A stretch of DNA of 64,000 bases from a virus, in the IMG/VR virus record IMGVR_UViG_3300044844_000506, positions 32,001-96,000 of that record. One strand, 5' to 3'. Both the position numbers and the translations under genes were made by a program. Of this stretch, positions 8,815 through 19,139 are shown piece after piece; the first letter of the stretch is position 1, and each line of letters begins with the position of its first letter. The notes beneath the pieces are model-generated. The model was not told where the DNA came from. It was given only the letters and a program-made list of their open reading frames with translations, and ran no database searches.

Positions 8815-11251
8815 TAGGAGCTACTGGATTTAGTCTGTGTCTTCTAATTGCATCTCTTCTTAGATAAATAGTATTTAATAAAGAAGATGAATCGTATTTA
8901 CGAGTTGTAACTGTAAACCAACAATTAATAACATTACCATATTGTTTTCCTGTACTAATGTGAATACCTTTTTTATCTGATGATATCTTGTATTCACCAT
9001 TTATAAATTTAGACAGTTCTTCTCGTAGAGCTTTGTTGTTGTTTATAATGTAATTATTACCAGTATTAAAGTATCTACACTCGGTAAGCATTTCTTTTTC
9101 ACTGGCAGCTTGACTATAGATCATTGTAGATACATACTTTCTCCAGTTAATAGCATCTTCTGTTAGCTTACCTTTTTTGTCTACTTTATTGCACTCAGTT
9201 TTAAGTTTCGACAATATAATTGCTCTCTTGATTCTGTTTGAGATAGCCCTCTTTACTGTAGCATTACTCAAGTCATCTGGTTTTATACCTTCAATTTTTG
9301 CTAGATCATCATAATTGCTATTCAACTTAAGTTTTTCCAAGAATCCATTTATAGTATTTATATTAACTTCTTCTCTACTATAACCAGGAACTATCTTATT
9401 TGTAAATAAATTTTCAACTCCTAACATTATAGTATCTACTTCTCTAACTTTAGATACAGCTATATTATGATCAAGTTGAAATGTTTCTAATGCCTTTATA
9501 GTATGCGGGTGATTTTCTTGTAATTTTCTGTGGAATGTTCCCATACCTCTTTCAGCTAATTTTGCTTTACCTTCTATAGTATAAGTCTTTAAACCTATAG
9601 GTAAAGCAGCTTTAAAATCACCATCACCGACATCTATTAGATTTCCTCTAAATGATTGAGCTTCTACTGGATTCATACCATACTTCTCTGTTAATAGAGA
9701 TTGTACATCGTCTTCTGATGAATAGAATTCAATCATGTCTGCATTAAAACCAAAGTCTTCTTTGTTACCTGTATGTTGAATTGCTTCAGGTTTTCGCAAG
9801 AATAATGAATCTTTCTCAAATCTAATTAATTTAGGTAAGATCTTATCTACAGTTGGAATATCTACTTCTTTTAAAATATTCTTACTTAGGTTTTTCTTTG
9901 GAGATTTCTCAGATCTAATGGCTCTGATATTATCAACTAATTGTTTTTTATCTATTACAAATCTATCAGCAGCAGCTTCACCTCTTTCAAAAGGTATTGC
10001 AATTTTGTATGCATCAATTAGTCCTTGTTCAAATTTGTCAGAAGCATCCTTTAGAGTAACTGCGGCAGATTTATAATCATTCTTGTACGCATGATCAATT
10101 ACTATTCTATAGTTCTCTGCTGAATTTCCTCTAACACTATTAAACTCTGCTGTCTCTCTTTCAGATATATTTTTAATTCTACTAATTCTAATTCCCTTAC
10201 TACCTCTAGTCATCTTCTGTTGTAGATCCCACTGATTTATTAGTCTATTTGTTTTACTAATAACGTGCTCTAAGAAAGGGAACAAATGTACATCTTGTCT
10301 ATAAGATCCTTCAACATTTGGTGGTGTAGTTCTTCCAACTAAACAAACTCCATCTTCTAATGCTGTATCTAAAATCCAGATACCATCCCCATCAACCTTC
10401 ATAGAGTTTTCTAAAAATTTCAAATCATCAGCAGTAAACTTACTGTTGTATAGTTTAGTTACGCAATCAGTAAATCTTTCAAACTTCTCTGCAACAATTT
10501 CTTTTTGTCTAGTGCTAAGTTGTTTTTGAACAGTTACCTTAGTCCCATCTTCTTTTCCTAAAATTTGAACAGAGATTGAATTTGCCATTTTATTTTTAAG
10601 ACTTAATGGATGATCCCCGTCAATATGATCCCTCAACATACTATAGTCTTCTTTACCACCAGGACCAATTGTTGAAATTGTTTTTTTGTATATTGATGGA
10701 TAAGTTAACATCAATGAATAGTTTTGAGCTAAATTGTATAGATTAGTTGAAGACTTAGATATTTTTTCGTGGAATAAATAAGATACAGGATTAACAGGCA
10801 AATTAAATAATGGATCTATTTGTTGACCCATCATTTCTTCTTCTGGTTGTTCTTCTGTTACTGACTGTTTTAGATCTTTACGAGTCTTGTCTAGACTTGC
10901 AGAAAACACTTTATAAGCAGGATGACTCCTAAGAGGAGTAAAGTTAAGATCCGTTACAGGCAAAGCAGCAGAGCCTCCTTGCTTTACTACGACTTGACCT
11001 GATCTCTTACCTTCTCTTGCAACGAATACTTGAGTTCCAGGATCTTTACTTTCTGGAACATCTACAACATAGTTATCTTGGTCTTTTAAAGATACCGCTC
11101 TGTTTATGTATTGTAAAGCAAGCTCATGTGCAGCATCACTTACAGTACTCTTTTTAGGTGCTGAAGTTCCGTCTTTAGCTTCATTTAATGGATTAAATGA
11201 TCTTTTTTTAATCTTACTGTATGATTGTAATAAATTGGTGTAATAATCCAT
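8723..11251 (-). CDS. Large hypothetical protein, possible internal virion protein
   Basis: 842 aa; N-terminal leader ending PLNE|A; weak PD-(D/E)XK-like pattern. Confidence 0.7.
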   Translation of the reverse strand: MDYYTNLLQSYSKIKKRSFNPLNEAKDGTSAPKKSTVSDAAHELALQYINRAVSLKDQDNYVVDVPESKDPGTQVFVAREGKRSGQVVVKQGGSAALPVTDLNFTPLRSHPAYKVFSASLDKTRKDLKQSVTEEQPEEEMMGQQIDPLFNLPVNPVSYLFHEKISKSSTNLYNLAQNYSLMLTYPSIYKKTISTIGPGGKEDYSMLRDHIDGDHPLSLKNKMANSISVQILGKEDGTKVTVQKQLSTRQKEIVAEKFERFTDCVTKLYNSKFTADDLKFLENSMKVDGDGIWILDTALEDGVCLVGRTTPPNVEGSYRQDVHLFPFLEHVISKTNRLINQWDLQQKMTRGSKGIRISRIKNISERETAEFNSVRGNSAENYRIVIDHAYKNDYKSAAVTLKDASDKFEQGLIDAYKIAIPFERGEAAADRFVIDKKQLVDNIRAIRSEKSPKKNLSKNILKEVDIPTVDKILPKLIRFEKDSLFLRKPEAIQHTGNKEDFGFNADMIEFYSSEDDVQSLLTEKYGMNPVEAQSFRGNLIDVGDGDFKAALPIGLKTYTIEGKAKLAERGMGTFHRKLQENHPHTIKALETFQLDHNIAVSKVREVDTIMLGVENLFTNKIVPGYSREEVNINTINGFLEKLKLNSNYDDLAKIEGIKPDDLSNATVKRAISNRIKRAIILSKLKTECNKVDKKGKLTEDAINWRKYVSTMIYSQAASEKEMLTECRYFNTGNNYIINNNKALREELSKFINGEYKISSDKKGIHISTGKQYGNVINCWFTVTTRKYDSSSLLNTIYLRRDAIRRHRLNPVAPTNESISEEFLEGMITELLDIYYLVKDKNLQ

Positions 11252-11260
11252 AAATTAATT

Positions 11261-11294
11261 AAGCCCACCCATACACTATTATATGGATGGGCTT
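11261..11294 (-). terminator. Stem-loop after tail tube gene
   Basis: GCCCAUCCAUAU-AAUAGU-GUAUGGGUGGGC; fully paired (two G-U pairs) only on the minus strand. Confidence 0.65.
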
Positions 11295-11314
11295 TCCTAA
11301 ATCAATTACTTAAA

Positions 11315-11905
11315 TTAAGTGTTAGCTGTTGGATTCTTAACAACGAAGTCGTATCTACAAGTTAATGTGATTGTATGGAAATCAGAAGCTGCGTAATCTC
11401 TTGTAGCCTCAGTCCAAGACTTGGGCCAAAGACCAACTAATCTTGTATGAGCCACTGGTTGACCTTGGTTATTTAATTCAATTACGTCAACGTGAATTTT
11501 AAAAGAGCCAGATCCTCTCTCATTTAAACCTGGAGTAAATTGACCAGTTGTTGGATTATAAATTGTCTTAATCCACTCGTACAAGTGAGTGCTTGTCTTT
11601 GTAGCAAAGATATTATCAAAGGTAAATGTAACATCCTTAGGACTTGACTTACCAGGATAGTAGAACTTATCGTTTACTCTATCTGCTACGATTTCTTCAA
11701 TATCAAAACCGATTTCAGATACGTTCTTGCAAGCCAATGTAAGTGGTTTATTTTCAGTTCCACCTACACCATCAAAGTTAGGAAGATAAAAAGTTACTTC
11801 CCACTGATAAGTTCTAACTGAATCTAATGCATGAGATAACTGAGGCATTTTCTTGCCTTCAATTGTTCTCTTTTCTGATGTTATAAAATAAGGTGTTGCA
11901 GCCAT
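11315..11905 (-). CDS. gp19: Tail tube protein (T4 gp19-like)
   Basis: YYPGK, VTFTFD, LYEW, LVGLWPKS, ITLTCRYD; follows sheath. Confidence 0.9.
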   Translation of the reverse strand: MAATPYFITSEKRTIEGKKMPQLSHALDSVRTYQWEVTFYLPNFDGVGGTENKPLTLACKNVSEIGFDIEEIVADRVNDKFYYPGKSSPKDVTFTFDNIFATKTSTHLYEWIKTIYNPTTGQFTPGLNERGSGSFKIHVDVIELNNQGQPVAHTRLVGLWPKSWTEATRDYAASDFHTITLTCRYDFVVKNPTANT

Positions 11906-11931
11906 TTTTTATCCTCTAAGATTTATATATA

Positions 11932-14004
11932 CTAGCTACCAAGTTTGGCACTATTTGAAGTTACGTTGATTTCGAATACAATTGCTTCGGCAGCTTTTGT
12001 AGGAATTAAGATTATCTTACACCAAACTTCGCTACGATCAATTCTAGCTGGAGTGTTGGTGGTTTCATCACAAACTACCTTGAAGTCTGTGATGCCTCTA
12101 CGACGGCGAATATCATCAAGAATTGTTTCAGCCGCAGTTTTAATATTCTGCCAAGTAATTACATCGTTTGGTTCGAATGTGAATCTCTGGGTAGAAGCTA
12201 GTAAGGTCTTTCTTAGTAGAATTAAGAGTCTACGGACGTTAACTCTATCAAGAGCACTTGGGTTTCTTTGAGCAGTTCTCTGACCAAAGATTGTGATGCC
12301 CTGTTGTGGGAATTCTACTATTGGGTTTATAGCGTTACCACCTGAGTATAGAGAATCACGATCACCTTGGTTTAGAACAATCTCAACATCATTTGGTTTA
12401 GTTAGTCTACCGCGAGTAAATCCAGCAGGAGCAAACCATGTTTCTGCTACGCTATCAGTATAGCACATTTGTCTTGCGGCATAGATTGCTGGATCCATCC
12501 ACTTATCTACACCATCGAATACCGAGAATACACGGACCCAAGGGAAGTAAATAGCAGCGTAAGATGAATTGATAGCAGCAGTTCTAGTCTCTGATTGACC
12601 ATTGTGCCAATCGAGTGCTTCTTGTACAGTATCAATTGAACCATATGGAGGTGATACAATTGCAATAAAGTTCTGACTCTGTTCAGCTAGAGTTACTAAA
12701 GCATTTTGTAAGTTCTGGTTGCTAAATCCAGGAACTAAAGCTATTGAGATATTGAGTGTATCATTATCTAAAGCGTAGATACCTTCCTTTGGACTAACTG
12801 TAGGATCACCAATTAATGCAGAAGCATTAGTGTCATTGTCCGTGGAAGTTCCATTAGTACCTGCTCCTAAGTTATAAGTACCATCAATTAATTTAAGGAA
12901 TCTTGGGTTAGCAGCACCAACAGCAGATGATCCTCTCTTGCCCTGAATATTAGTTAATCCAAGGTCTGATAATCTACCAATGAAGGATGTCAACTTAGTT
13001 GGAGTAAAGTCATTGAGTGATGATACAAGGTAAGCCTTGATTACATCTGACTTAGCATTATCAGTACCAACATTAATTAGATCTTCAATGAAAGCACCAG
13101 AAGCTAAGAAGTTAGGCTTAAAGTATTCTACGGCTGCACCATCCTCATTTACTTCTAATGAGAAACTAGCGAAGCCTAGGTTAGTAATTTCAACTGAGTT
13201 ACCACTTACAGAACCATCACCTGTTGTTCCACCATTATAACCAGCACCTGGGTATAAGGACTTGACTAAGTAAGAAACACCAGAAGTTGAGTCAGAATTA
13301 AGTGTTACACCAGAAGCTGTTACGGAAGATGCTACTGATCCTGTTGGAGAACCGTTCTCGTCCAAGGCAAAAAGTGCGCTTACTCCAGTTGTTCTAGTAG
13401 AGTTAGAATATGCGGTAACAGTTATTGTTGCACCAGAACCAGCATAGGAACCGAATACATAACCTGATGCTTGGCTGGCAGTATCAAATATAGATCCGAA
13501 GTGAGATTGATCTAAGCCGTTACCTATTGCTTTTACAAGAGCAGTACCCTGATTAGAAGTTGCAGCTACTGTTCCTGAAGGAATATTAACTTGTTTAGCT
13601 GATATTAACTTAGAAACCCCATTATTGTCAGTTACCTGTATATCTAGGTATAAGTTTTGAGTTACACCGAAGGAGTTACCAGATACTATTACAGCAGGAC
13701 AAGCACCCATTGGTACTGCTGCTGATGCTTCTAGTGCTGTGCTGGTAGTTCCTCTTACAAAGTAAACGGCATTAGTTGCTTCTAGAATCTCAACTGCACC
13801 TTCAAGACCCTGACCAGGAATTGCATTTGAAGGCTTACCGAAGATATTAATTAGGTTTTGAGGTGATGTAACTAAAGTAGCCTTGTTTACTGGTCCTTTA
13901 GAAGCATAACCTACAATACCGACGATACTAGAATCAATAGCAACTCCGTAGTCGCTAACATCTTTCTCGATAACATATACACCTGGGCTACTAAGTTTTA
14001 CCAT
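11932..14004 (-). CDS. gp18: Tail sheath protein (T4 gp18-like)
   Basis: SPGVYVIEKD, GPVN, WFAPAGFTRG, GQRT, DRVNVRRL, FEPND. Confidence 0.97.
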   Translation of the reverse strand: MVKLSSPGVYVIEKDVSDYGVAIDSSIVGIVGYASKGPVNKATLVTSPQNLINIFGKPSNAIPGQGLEGAVEILEATNAVYFVRGTTSTALEASAAVPMGACPAVIVSGNSFGVTQNLYLDIQVTDNNGVSKLISAKQVNIPSGTVAATSNQGTALVKAIGNGLDQSHFGSIFDTASQASGYVFGSYAGSGATITVTAYSNSTRTTGVSALFALDENGSPTGSVASSVTASGVTLNSDSTSGVSYLVKSLYPGAGYNGGTTGDGSVSGNSVEITNLGFASFSLEVNEDGAAVEYFKPNFLASGAFIEDLINVGTDNAKSDVIKAYLVSSLNDFTPTKLTSFIGRLSDLGLTNIQGKRGSSAVGAANPRFLKLIDGTYNLGAGTNGTSTDNDTNASALIGDPTVSPKEGIYALDNDTLNISIALVPGFSNQNLQNALVTLAEQSQNFIAIVSPPYGSIDTVQEALDWHNGQSETRTAAINSSYAAIYFPWVRVFSVFDGVDKWMDPAIYAARQMCYTDSVAETWFAPAGFTRGRLTKPNDVEIVLNQGDRDSLYSGGNAINPIVEFPQQGITIFGQRTAQRNPSALDRVNVRRLLILLRKTLLASTQRFTFEPNDVITWQNIKTAAETILDDIRRRRGITDFKVVCDETTNTPARIDRSEVWCKIILIPTKAAEAIVFEINVTSNSAKLGS

Positions 14005-14016
14005 ATTATAATCCTA

Positions 14017-14199
14017 TTAATTATTTGATATAGTTATCAATCTTCTTTTCTGAAGTTTTTTAACGTGTTCTGTTATAAATGATGCTGGAACAATCTTAGC
14101 ATCATGTGGTTGAAATAGATAACTCTTGAGTCCTTTTGGGGTTAGAAGATAAACTTCAAGAGTTTGTAATGAATCGTTTCTAATTACTTTTGTTTCCAT
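14017..14199 (-). CDS. Small hypothetical protein
   Basis: 60-aa ORF in the late operon. Confidence 0.65.
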   Translation of the reverse strand: METKVIRNDSLQTLEVYLLTPKGLKSYLFQPHDAKIVPASFITEHVKKLQKRRLITISNN

Positions 14200-14204
14200 A
14201 ATGC

Positions 14205-14594
14205 TTACTTTACGCCTTTACGAGCTTTTTTTCCAGCTTTTCTACCTGCTCGAAGAGCAAATCTATGTTGATGCATATCTTTATTACGAGTTTTTCTAAG
14301 TAATTCTTGTTCAGAGGTATCTATATCTGGAGAAGCTCTTAATCTTGCAACAAACTCTTCTGGAGCACCAGGAAATTCAGGATACCTAGGCGATAATGGT
14401 CTTGTACCTGAACCAGTTGTTTTCTTACCTCTACTAGAACGATGTACTGATTGTCTACCTGGCTCACTTAGAGCTAATCTGTTTTGTCTAATTAGTTTTT
14501 TTGCTCTTGTACTTAGACCTTTATCTACTTTAGCCTCTAATAGATTACCTAAATCAAGCGATTCGTAGAGTAATATTTTACCTGCTGTTATCAT
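14205..14594 (-). CDS. Basic protein with LLE| leader (putative internal head protein)
   Basis: NLLE|AK then K/R-rich body. Confidence 0.65.
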   Translation of the reverse strand: MITAGKILLYESLDLGNLLEAKVDKGLSTRAKKLIRQNRLALSEPGRQSVHRSSRGKKTTGSGTRPLSPRYPEFPGAPEEFVARLRASPDIDTSEQELLRKTRNKDMHQHRFALRAGRKAGKKARKGVK

Positions 14595-14637
14595 AATTTA
14601 ATCTTCCTATATTATATACTTTATATATATTTGTAAA

Positions 14638-14949
14638 TTAACTATTTTTTAGCGATAACGAATTATTTATTGCCTTATTATACCAGTTAATTTTAAGCTG
14701 TTTGTATTTCTCGGTCTTCCTAAATTGATCCCTATCTGGTTTAGTAGGAATTAAATTTCTAATTTTATAAAGTTTATTTTGTAAGTTACGTCTTATTAAG
14801 ACTATTTCTGGATCAATAAAACCGTCTTGAGAATTAAGTGAATGCTCAACCGTCAAGTTTATTATTTTTCTATAAAGTCTTTTATATGCTAAGGTAGCAC
14901 TTGAAGGCTGGGTGTAAGGACTGCTAATAATATAATCTACATAATCCAT
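14638..14949 (-). CDS. Hypothetical protein
   Basis: TAATG-coupled to gp15-like gene. Confidence 0.6.
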   Translation of the reverse strand: MDYVDYIISSPYTQPSSATLAYKRLYRKIINLTVEHSLNSQDGFIDPEIVLIRRNLQNKLYKIRNLIPTKPDRDQFRKTEKYKQLKINWYNKAINNSLSLKNS

Positions 14950-15695
14950 TAGCTAGTACGAGGTTTTGTATAGATACCTCCTTCTAAGTATATACGTTCG
15001 ATCTTTCCCGTACTAGTCATTAAAAATTTTGGATATGGTATATGTGTTTCTACTTTTAACCCAAATAATTTATTTAAAAGTCTATCTTCTCCATCTCCAG
15101 CCTCTAAACTTGACATATTCTGTTCTGAAGCTAAGAATATCTTACCATATTTAGTAAATGGAGTATTAACGTCCATAGAAGGATGGAACATTCTTTGAAT
15201 TTGTTCAGTAATTTGATCCATATCTTCTTTAAATTTAGTCCACACAGAAATATCGTATTCGATTGATACGGCTTTAGGAACTAAACTAACTACTCTAATA
15301 GCTCTTTGTTTGTCATTATCCCAGTATTTCTCACTGGTTATTAATGGTGTATATCTTCTTTGTTCTGCTTCCTCAGTTGTCTGCGTTTGATCAACAGCTA
15401 TTATTGGTAATACCACCAGAGTATCTTTATTTAATTTAGCGATAGTTCTTTCTGGTGATCCTGGAACACACTTAACATTTTTAATACTTTTATCTGGAAG
15501 CTGAATAACAATATTATTAAATAGCGATAATATGTTCCTAAGTTGCTCTTGATAAAACGAAGTAATTAAAGATTCTTTTCTAACGCTTTCAAGAATTAAT
15601 TGACGAACATAGTATTCTGGAGAATAATCGCTTCCAATGTCAAATGATGAAGTATTATATTCAGACAGACTTAATGTGTTAGATGATGTAGTCAT
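14949..15695 (-). CDS. gp15: Tail terminator / sheath stabiliser (T4 gp15-like)
   Basis: LPIIA, PKAVSIEYDISVWTK..DMDQITEQI..F.P; synteny with neck genes. Confidence 0.8.
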   Translation of the reverse strand: MTTSSNTLSLSEYNTSSFDIGSDYSPEYYVRQLILESVRKESLITSFYQEQLRNILSLFNNIVIQLPDKSIKNVKCVPGSPERTIAKLNKDTLVVLPIIAVDQTQTTEEAEQRRYTPLITSEKYWDNDKQRAIRVVSLVPKAVSIEYDISVWTKFKEDMDQITEQIQRMFHPSMDVNTPFTKYGKIFLASEQNMSSLEAGDGEDRLLNKLFGLKVETHIPYPKFLMTSTGKIERIYLEGGIYTKPRTS

Positions 15696-16210
15696 TGTCC
15701 TATATCTATGTTGCCTACGGAATCAGGAGTTATCAAGTTTGGTTTATCTACTATTTCTTCGTGACCTCTTAAGAACTTAGCAGTGCAAACATAATGATAA
15801 ATTCCATAGTTCTCGAATCCATCTTCTTGAACTTCATAAATCTCAAATTTTACTTTTTGAAACTTAGGCTCAATTACATCTCCAGGAATTGGAGGTCTAT
15901 TTAAGGTCTTAATGATATATGCTTTATTAAAAGTAAATACCTGTTCAGATTCTAATTCCAAACCAAACTTACTAAGTTTTTCTTCAATTGCTTTAGGGTC
16001 ATAGTGACCATGAACTAATATAGGAACTTTAGAGATACTTTTTATTCTCTCTTCTAAGTAGACATCACTATAAGTTTTATCCTGATAGTATTTGTAGTAT
16101 AACATTTCAGATCCAGATAATTTGATTAACTCATCGTCTACAGAGTTAAACATTTCTATATCAGGATTTTTTAAATCAAATAGATTTAACTTATAAGATC
16201 TCTCGGTCAT
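15692..16210 (-). CDS. gp14: Neck / head-closure protein (T4 gp14-like)
   Basis: ELIKLSG..YY, VYLE, KFGL, PIPGDVI, FEI. Confidence 0.8.
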   Translation of the reverse strand: MTERSYKLNLFDLKNPDIEMFNSVDDELIKLSGSEMLYYKYYQDKTYSDVYLEERIKSISKVPILVHGHYDPKAIEEKLSKFGLELESEQVFTFNKAYIIKTLNRPPIPGDVIEPKFQKVKFEIYEVQEDGFENYGIYHYVCTAKFLRGHEEIVDKPNLITPDSVGNIDIGQ

Positions 16211-16213
16211 TTA

Positions 16214-17083
16214 TTAACCCCAAGAAATATACGGAGGCTCTTCAATCTCATCTACCAGTTCTCTCTCCAGCTTTTCCATTTCTGCTTGAGCTTGTTGAAC
16301 TAATTCACCACCGTTCAATTGTGCTCCACCAGCGGGAGAAGGTACTGTTTTATACTTACCTCTGATCTGTCCTAAAGTTTCTCTAGATACTGCCAAGGCA
16401 TATCTATCAATCCAATTAAGATAAGCAGGGTGAATAGTCTCTGTATTTAATCCTCTGAATATTACAATAACTTCTTCTCCACCATACTGAGGAGAAGGAT
16501 ATAACTGTAGATATTTTCCATCTATAACATCCCAAGAGCCATCGTTACCTAATATTCTTCTAGTCATCTCTAAGTGGGATTGAAGCAAGTAAAAGTCTCC
16601 CATGCTAAAGTCTGAGAATAAAAAGTTTTCTTGGAAGTATTTAATGAAGAAATCGAACTCTAGTGTACCAGCTTGAGATTGAACACTAAGAAAGTTCTTT
16701 TTATAACCAACATATTCTAGGTTATCTAGTATGTACTTAGGTAGTTCGTATAGATTTACCCCATAGACAGATTTAAATGCCATCATCTGGGTATTCCATC
16801 TAGGAGCATGATAGCTTAATTTAGTAATAGCAGAATGGATAGCTTGTTTAATATTAAAATCAGCTAACTCAACTTTAATTACTGGATGACCTAATCTGCC
16901 TAACACATAGTTCTTAATTCCATTTTCAAAATCTGTAAACTCTGTTGATTCAGCAGCATCTACTTTACCTAACTTATCTCTATCAATTTGAGTGTTAGGT
17001 ATAGTATCTGTAACTAGATTTCCAGGAGATTTGCCGAAGCTATTTCCATATCCAGTTAATTCAGGTCTAATTGCTTCTGTCAT
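16214..17083 (-). CDS. gp13: Neck protein (T4 gp13-like)
   Basis: YVLGRLGHPVIKVEL, WIDRYALA, RGKY..P.GGAQLNG. Confidence 0.9.
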   Translation of the reverse strand: MTEAIRPELTGYGNSFGKSPGNLVTDTIPNTQIDRDKLGKVDAAESTEFTDFENGIKNYVLGRLGHPVIKVELADFNIKQAIHSAITKLSYHAPRWNTQMMAFKSVYGVNLYELPKYILDNLEYVGYKKNFLSVQSQAGTLEFDFFIKYFQENFLFSDFSMGDFYLLQSHLEMTRRILGNDGSWDVIDGKYLQLYPSPQYGGEEVIVIFRGLNTETIHPAYLNWIDRYALAVSRETLGQIRGKYKTVPSPAGGAQLNGGELVQQAQAEMEKLERELVDEIEEPPYISWG

Positions 17084-17086
17084 ACT

Positions 17087-17212
17087 TTACCCTTTACTAG
17101 CTAAATAAGCTCTCAATGCCTTCTTAAATTTTTTACCAGCAACTATATTCCTAGGTCTTTCCTCAAGAAGAAGTCGTTCGATTAATAATTTTAATCTAAC
17201 TTTATAATTCAT
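17087..17212 (-). CDS. 41-aa basic peptide with LLLE| leader (not in ORF track)
   Basis: MNYKVRLKLLIERLLLE|ERPRNIVAGKKFKKALRAYLASKG; ATGA-coupled to upstream ORF. Confidence 0.65.
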   Translation of the reverse strand: MNYKVRLKLLIERLLLEERPRNIVAGKKFKKALRAYLASKG

Positions 17213-17370
17213 TTCTTTTTAGTCTTTTTAATTTCTGCTTTAACTTCTTCTACTACAGGTTCTGGCTGTACTTTTGGCTCTTCTTTAGCAGCTATTTGAG
17301 CAGCCTTTTGAGCAGCTTTAATTCTGTTTCTTTCTTGTAGTCGTAGGTGCATCATGTTTCTCGGGTTCAT
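17209..17370 (-). CDS. 53-aa A/K/E-rich peptide (not in ORF track)
   Basis: GGAGG SD; MNPRNMMHLRLQERNRIKAAQKAAQIAAKEEPKVQPEPVVEEVKAEIKKTKKK. Confidence 0.65.
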   Translation of the reverse strand: MNPRNMMHLRLQERNRIKAAQKAAQIAAKEEPKVQPEPVVEEVKAEIKKTKKK

Positions 17371-17509
17371 TGTTGTCCTCCATTAAAATTAAATTAGGAA
17401 AATTTAATAATTCATTTGACTCAAGTACTTGATTAGGGAAAACCTCAATTACTTGATTATTAACTGCGATTAAAAAAGGAAATCGGCATTTTGATTTGTA
17501 CAAAAACAT
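17318..17509 (-). CDS. Small hypothetical protein
   Basis: 63 aa, immediately downstream of a TATAAATA box. Confidence 0.6.
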   Translation of the reverse strand: MFLYKSKCRFPFLIAVNNQVIEVFPNQVLESNELLNFPNLILMEDNNEPEKHDAPTTTRKKQN

Positions 17510-17523
17510 CTATTTATATATAG
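17510..17523 (-). promoter_or_regulatory. Putative late promoter CTATATATAAATAG
   Basis: Contains the T4 late consensus TATAAATA. Confidence 0.55.
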
Positions 17524-17533
17524 CCTATAAAAT

Positions 17534-17571
17534 AAGGATGGGCAGCTTTTTTTATTTAGCTGCCCATCCTT
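17534..17571 (-). terminator. Intrinsic terminator after major capsid gene
   Basis: 14-bp perfect stem AAGGATGGGCAGCT/AGCTGCCCATCCTT followed by a U-rich tract. Confidence 0.85.
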
Positions 17572-17592
17572 TTAAGTTACCCTACTTAGTTA

Positions 17593-19128
17593 TTAGACTA
17601 AGTTACCAATTGTCTTTCTGAAAGGCTGGTAGAGGTAGTTGCTGCTGGGACCGATGATTCTAAGAATTCTATAGAACTTAGCTTCGGGAGCGATTGCTAA
17701 CATACCGTAACGAGTCATGATACCCTTACGAGGTTGGAATGTAGCAGGATCAACTACTGTGGGGAGGTTCTCAATTGGGATGTAAGGAGCGTAAACGAAT
17801 CCTGTATCCATTGGACCAGAACCCTTATAACCCATGAGGATTTCGTCTTCGGGCCAGAGTGGGTCGATGTAAAGATCGAACTTACCACCGAGCTTGCCCT
17901 TGAACTGAATCTGAGTACCCATGTTTGATGGACCTTCAACCTTGGAACCACCATTACCACCCATACCACCACCGAGTTGAGCGGCAGTTTCGAGCATTGC
18001 ACCAATGAGTGGTGAGGTAACAATCCAAGTACCAGGACCACGATGAGTGGTCTTGAAGATGTCCTGTGACATGAGATTTAATGTTGCCCACATATTCGAC
18101 CAAACATGACCGATGTGTTGTGGGCTAAAAGGTATTGCTGAAGATGTGAAGTCAATTACCCATACGTTCGTACCTGCACCTGAGGGGTTAGTTACACCAG
18201 TGATACCACCAGTGGTATTGTTGTAATCCCACATGAACTTAGCAGGATTGAAGGTATCTGCACCACCAGTGTTGCCGATTGACTGGCTATTAGCTAAGTC
18301 TAGTGCATTTCTGTACCAACCACCTAAGCCGTTAGCAATGTTGCTATCGTAAGCAATACCACGGAGGTTTTCGAGAAGCTCACGGTCGATTTCGAGACGG
18401 AGTTCGTTACCCATGAGTTCAGTGAGTTCCTGTTCAAGATCAAGGTTGTGATAAGCCTTGAGATCCTGTGAAGCCTCAATTGTCCAGAGGGTACGCATCT
18501 TACGGGTACGAGCAACAACTGGCTGCTGTTCGATTGTAAGGTTTACTTCTGGAATAGCTGAACCTGAGAGGAATTCACCTGCTGAAATGCTGAAACCATG
18601 AGTTCTATCTGTTAGAGGCCAAGCAGCAATCTTACCACCGAATGTGGTCGAGGCTGAACCTCTTGTAGCACCATAAATAGTGCTCAATTGAACGTCATCA
18701 TCACCATCGGCACTATTAGCACCTACTGGGTTAGTTGTTAAACCACCGTAGGTTAACTGGTACTTGCTATAGACACCTTCTCTTGCTACACCGTATTGAC
18801 GGCCAGAGCCAAGGTAGAATACCTGACCAACTGGACCCTGCATGGGCTGCTGAGAAACTATTGCGTTTGCAATTAGCTGAGGGTAAACTCTACGGATTAG
18901 AGGGAATGCAAACTTCTGGAAGGTTCCAATTGAACCTGTTGAAGTTGCACCTTCAAAACCTGCTACGTTAGTTTCATCAATTCTCTTTGACTTCTCAAGA
19001 AGAATTGCCTTTGCTTGGTTCTCATAAAGAGTAGCTACGACTTTGCGAGTGTAAGAGTCATCAATGCCTTTTAATGCGGCACCCCACTTACCTACAAGGT
19101 CTTCGCCATTTTCAATTAATTCGCTCAT
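17593..19128 (-). CDS. gp23: Major capsid protein (T4 gp23-like)
   Basis: LIRRVYP, QPMQGPVG, ARTRK, QDLKAYH, EIDRE, GFVYAPYIP, FQPRKGIMTRYG. Confidence 0.98.
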   Translation of the reverse strand: MSELIENGEDLVGKWGAALKGIDDSYTRKVVATLYENQAKAILLEKSKRIDETNVAGFEGATSTGSIGTFQKFAFPLIRRVYPQLIANAIVSQQPMQGPVGQVFYLGSGRQYGVAREGVYSKYQLTYGGLTTNPVGANSADGDDDVQLSTIYGATRGSASTTFGGKIAAWPLTDRTHGFSISAGEFLSGSAIPEVNLTIEQQPVVARTRKMRTLWTIEASQDLKAYHNLDLEQELTELMGNELRLEIDRELLENLRGIAYDSNIANGLGGWYRNALDLANSQSIGNTGGADTFNPAKFMWDYNNTTGGITGVTNPSGAGTNVWVIDFTSSAIPFSPQHIGHVWSNMWATLNLMSQDIFKTTHRGPGTWIVTSPLIGAMLETAAQLGGGMGGNGGSKVEGPSNMGTQIQFKGKLGGKFDLYIDPLWPEDEILMGYKGSGPMDTGFVYAPYIPIENLPTVVDPATFQPRKGIMTRYGMLAIAPEAKFYRILRIIGPSSNYLYQPFRKTIGNLV

Positions 19129-19139
19129 AATTTTTTATC

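Noticed and set aside
17593-19128. Higher GC in the capsid gene as horizontal transfer
   Set aside because: Consistent with codon bias of a highly expressed gene
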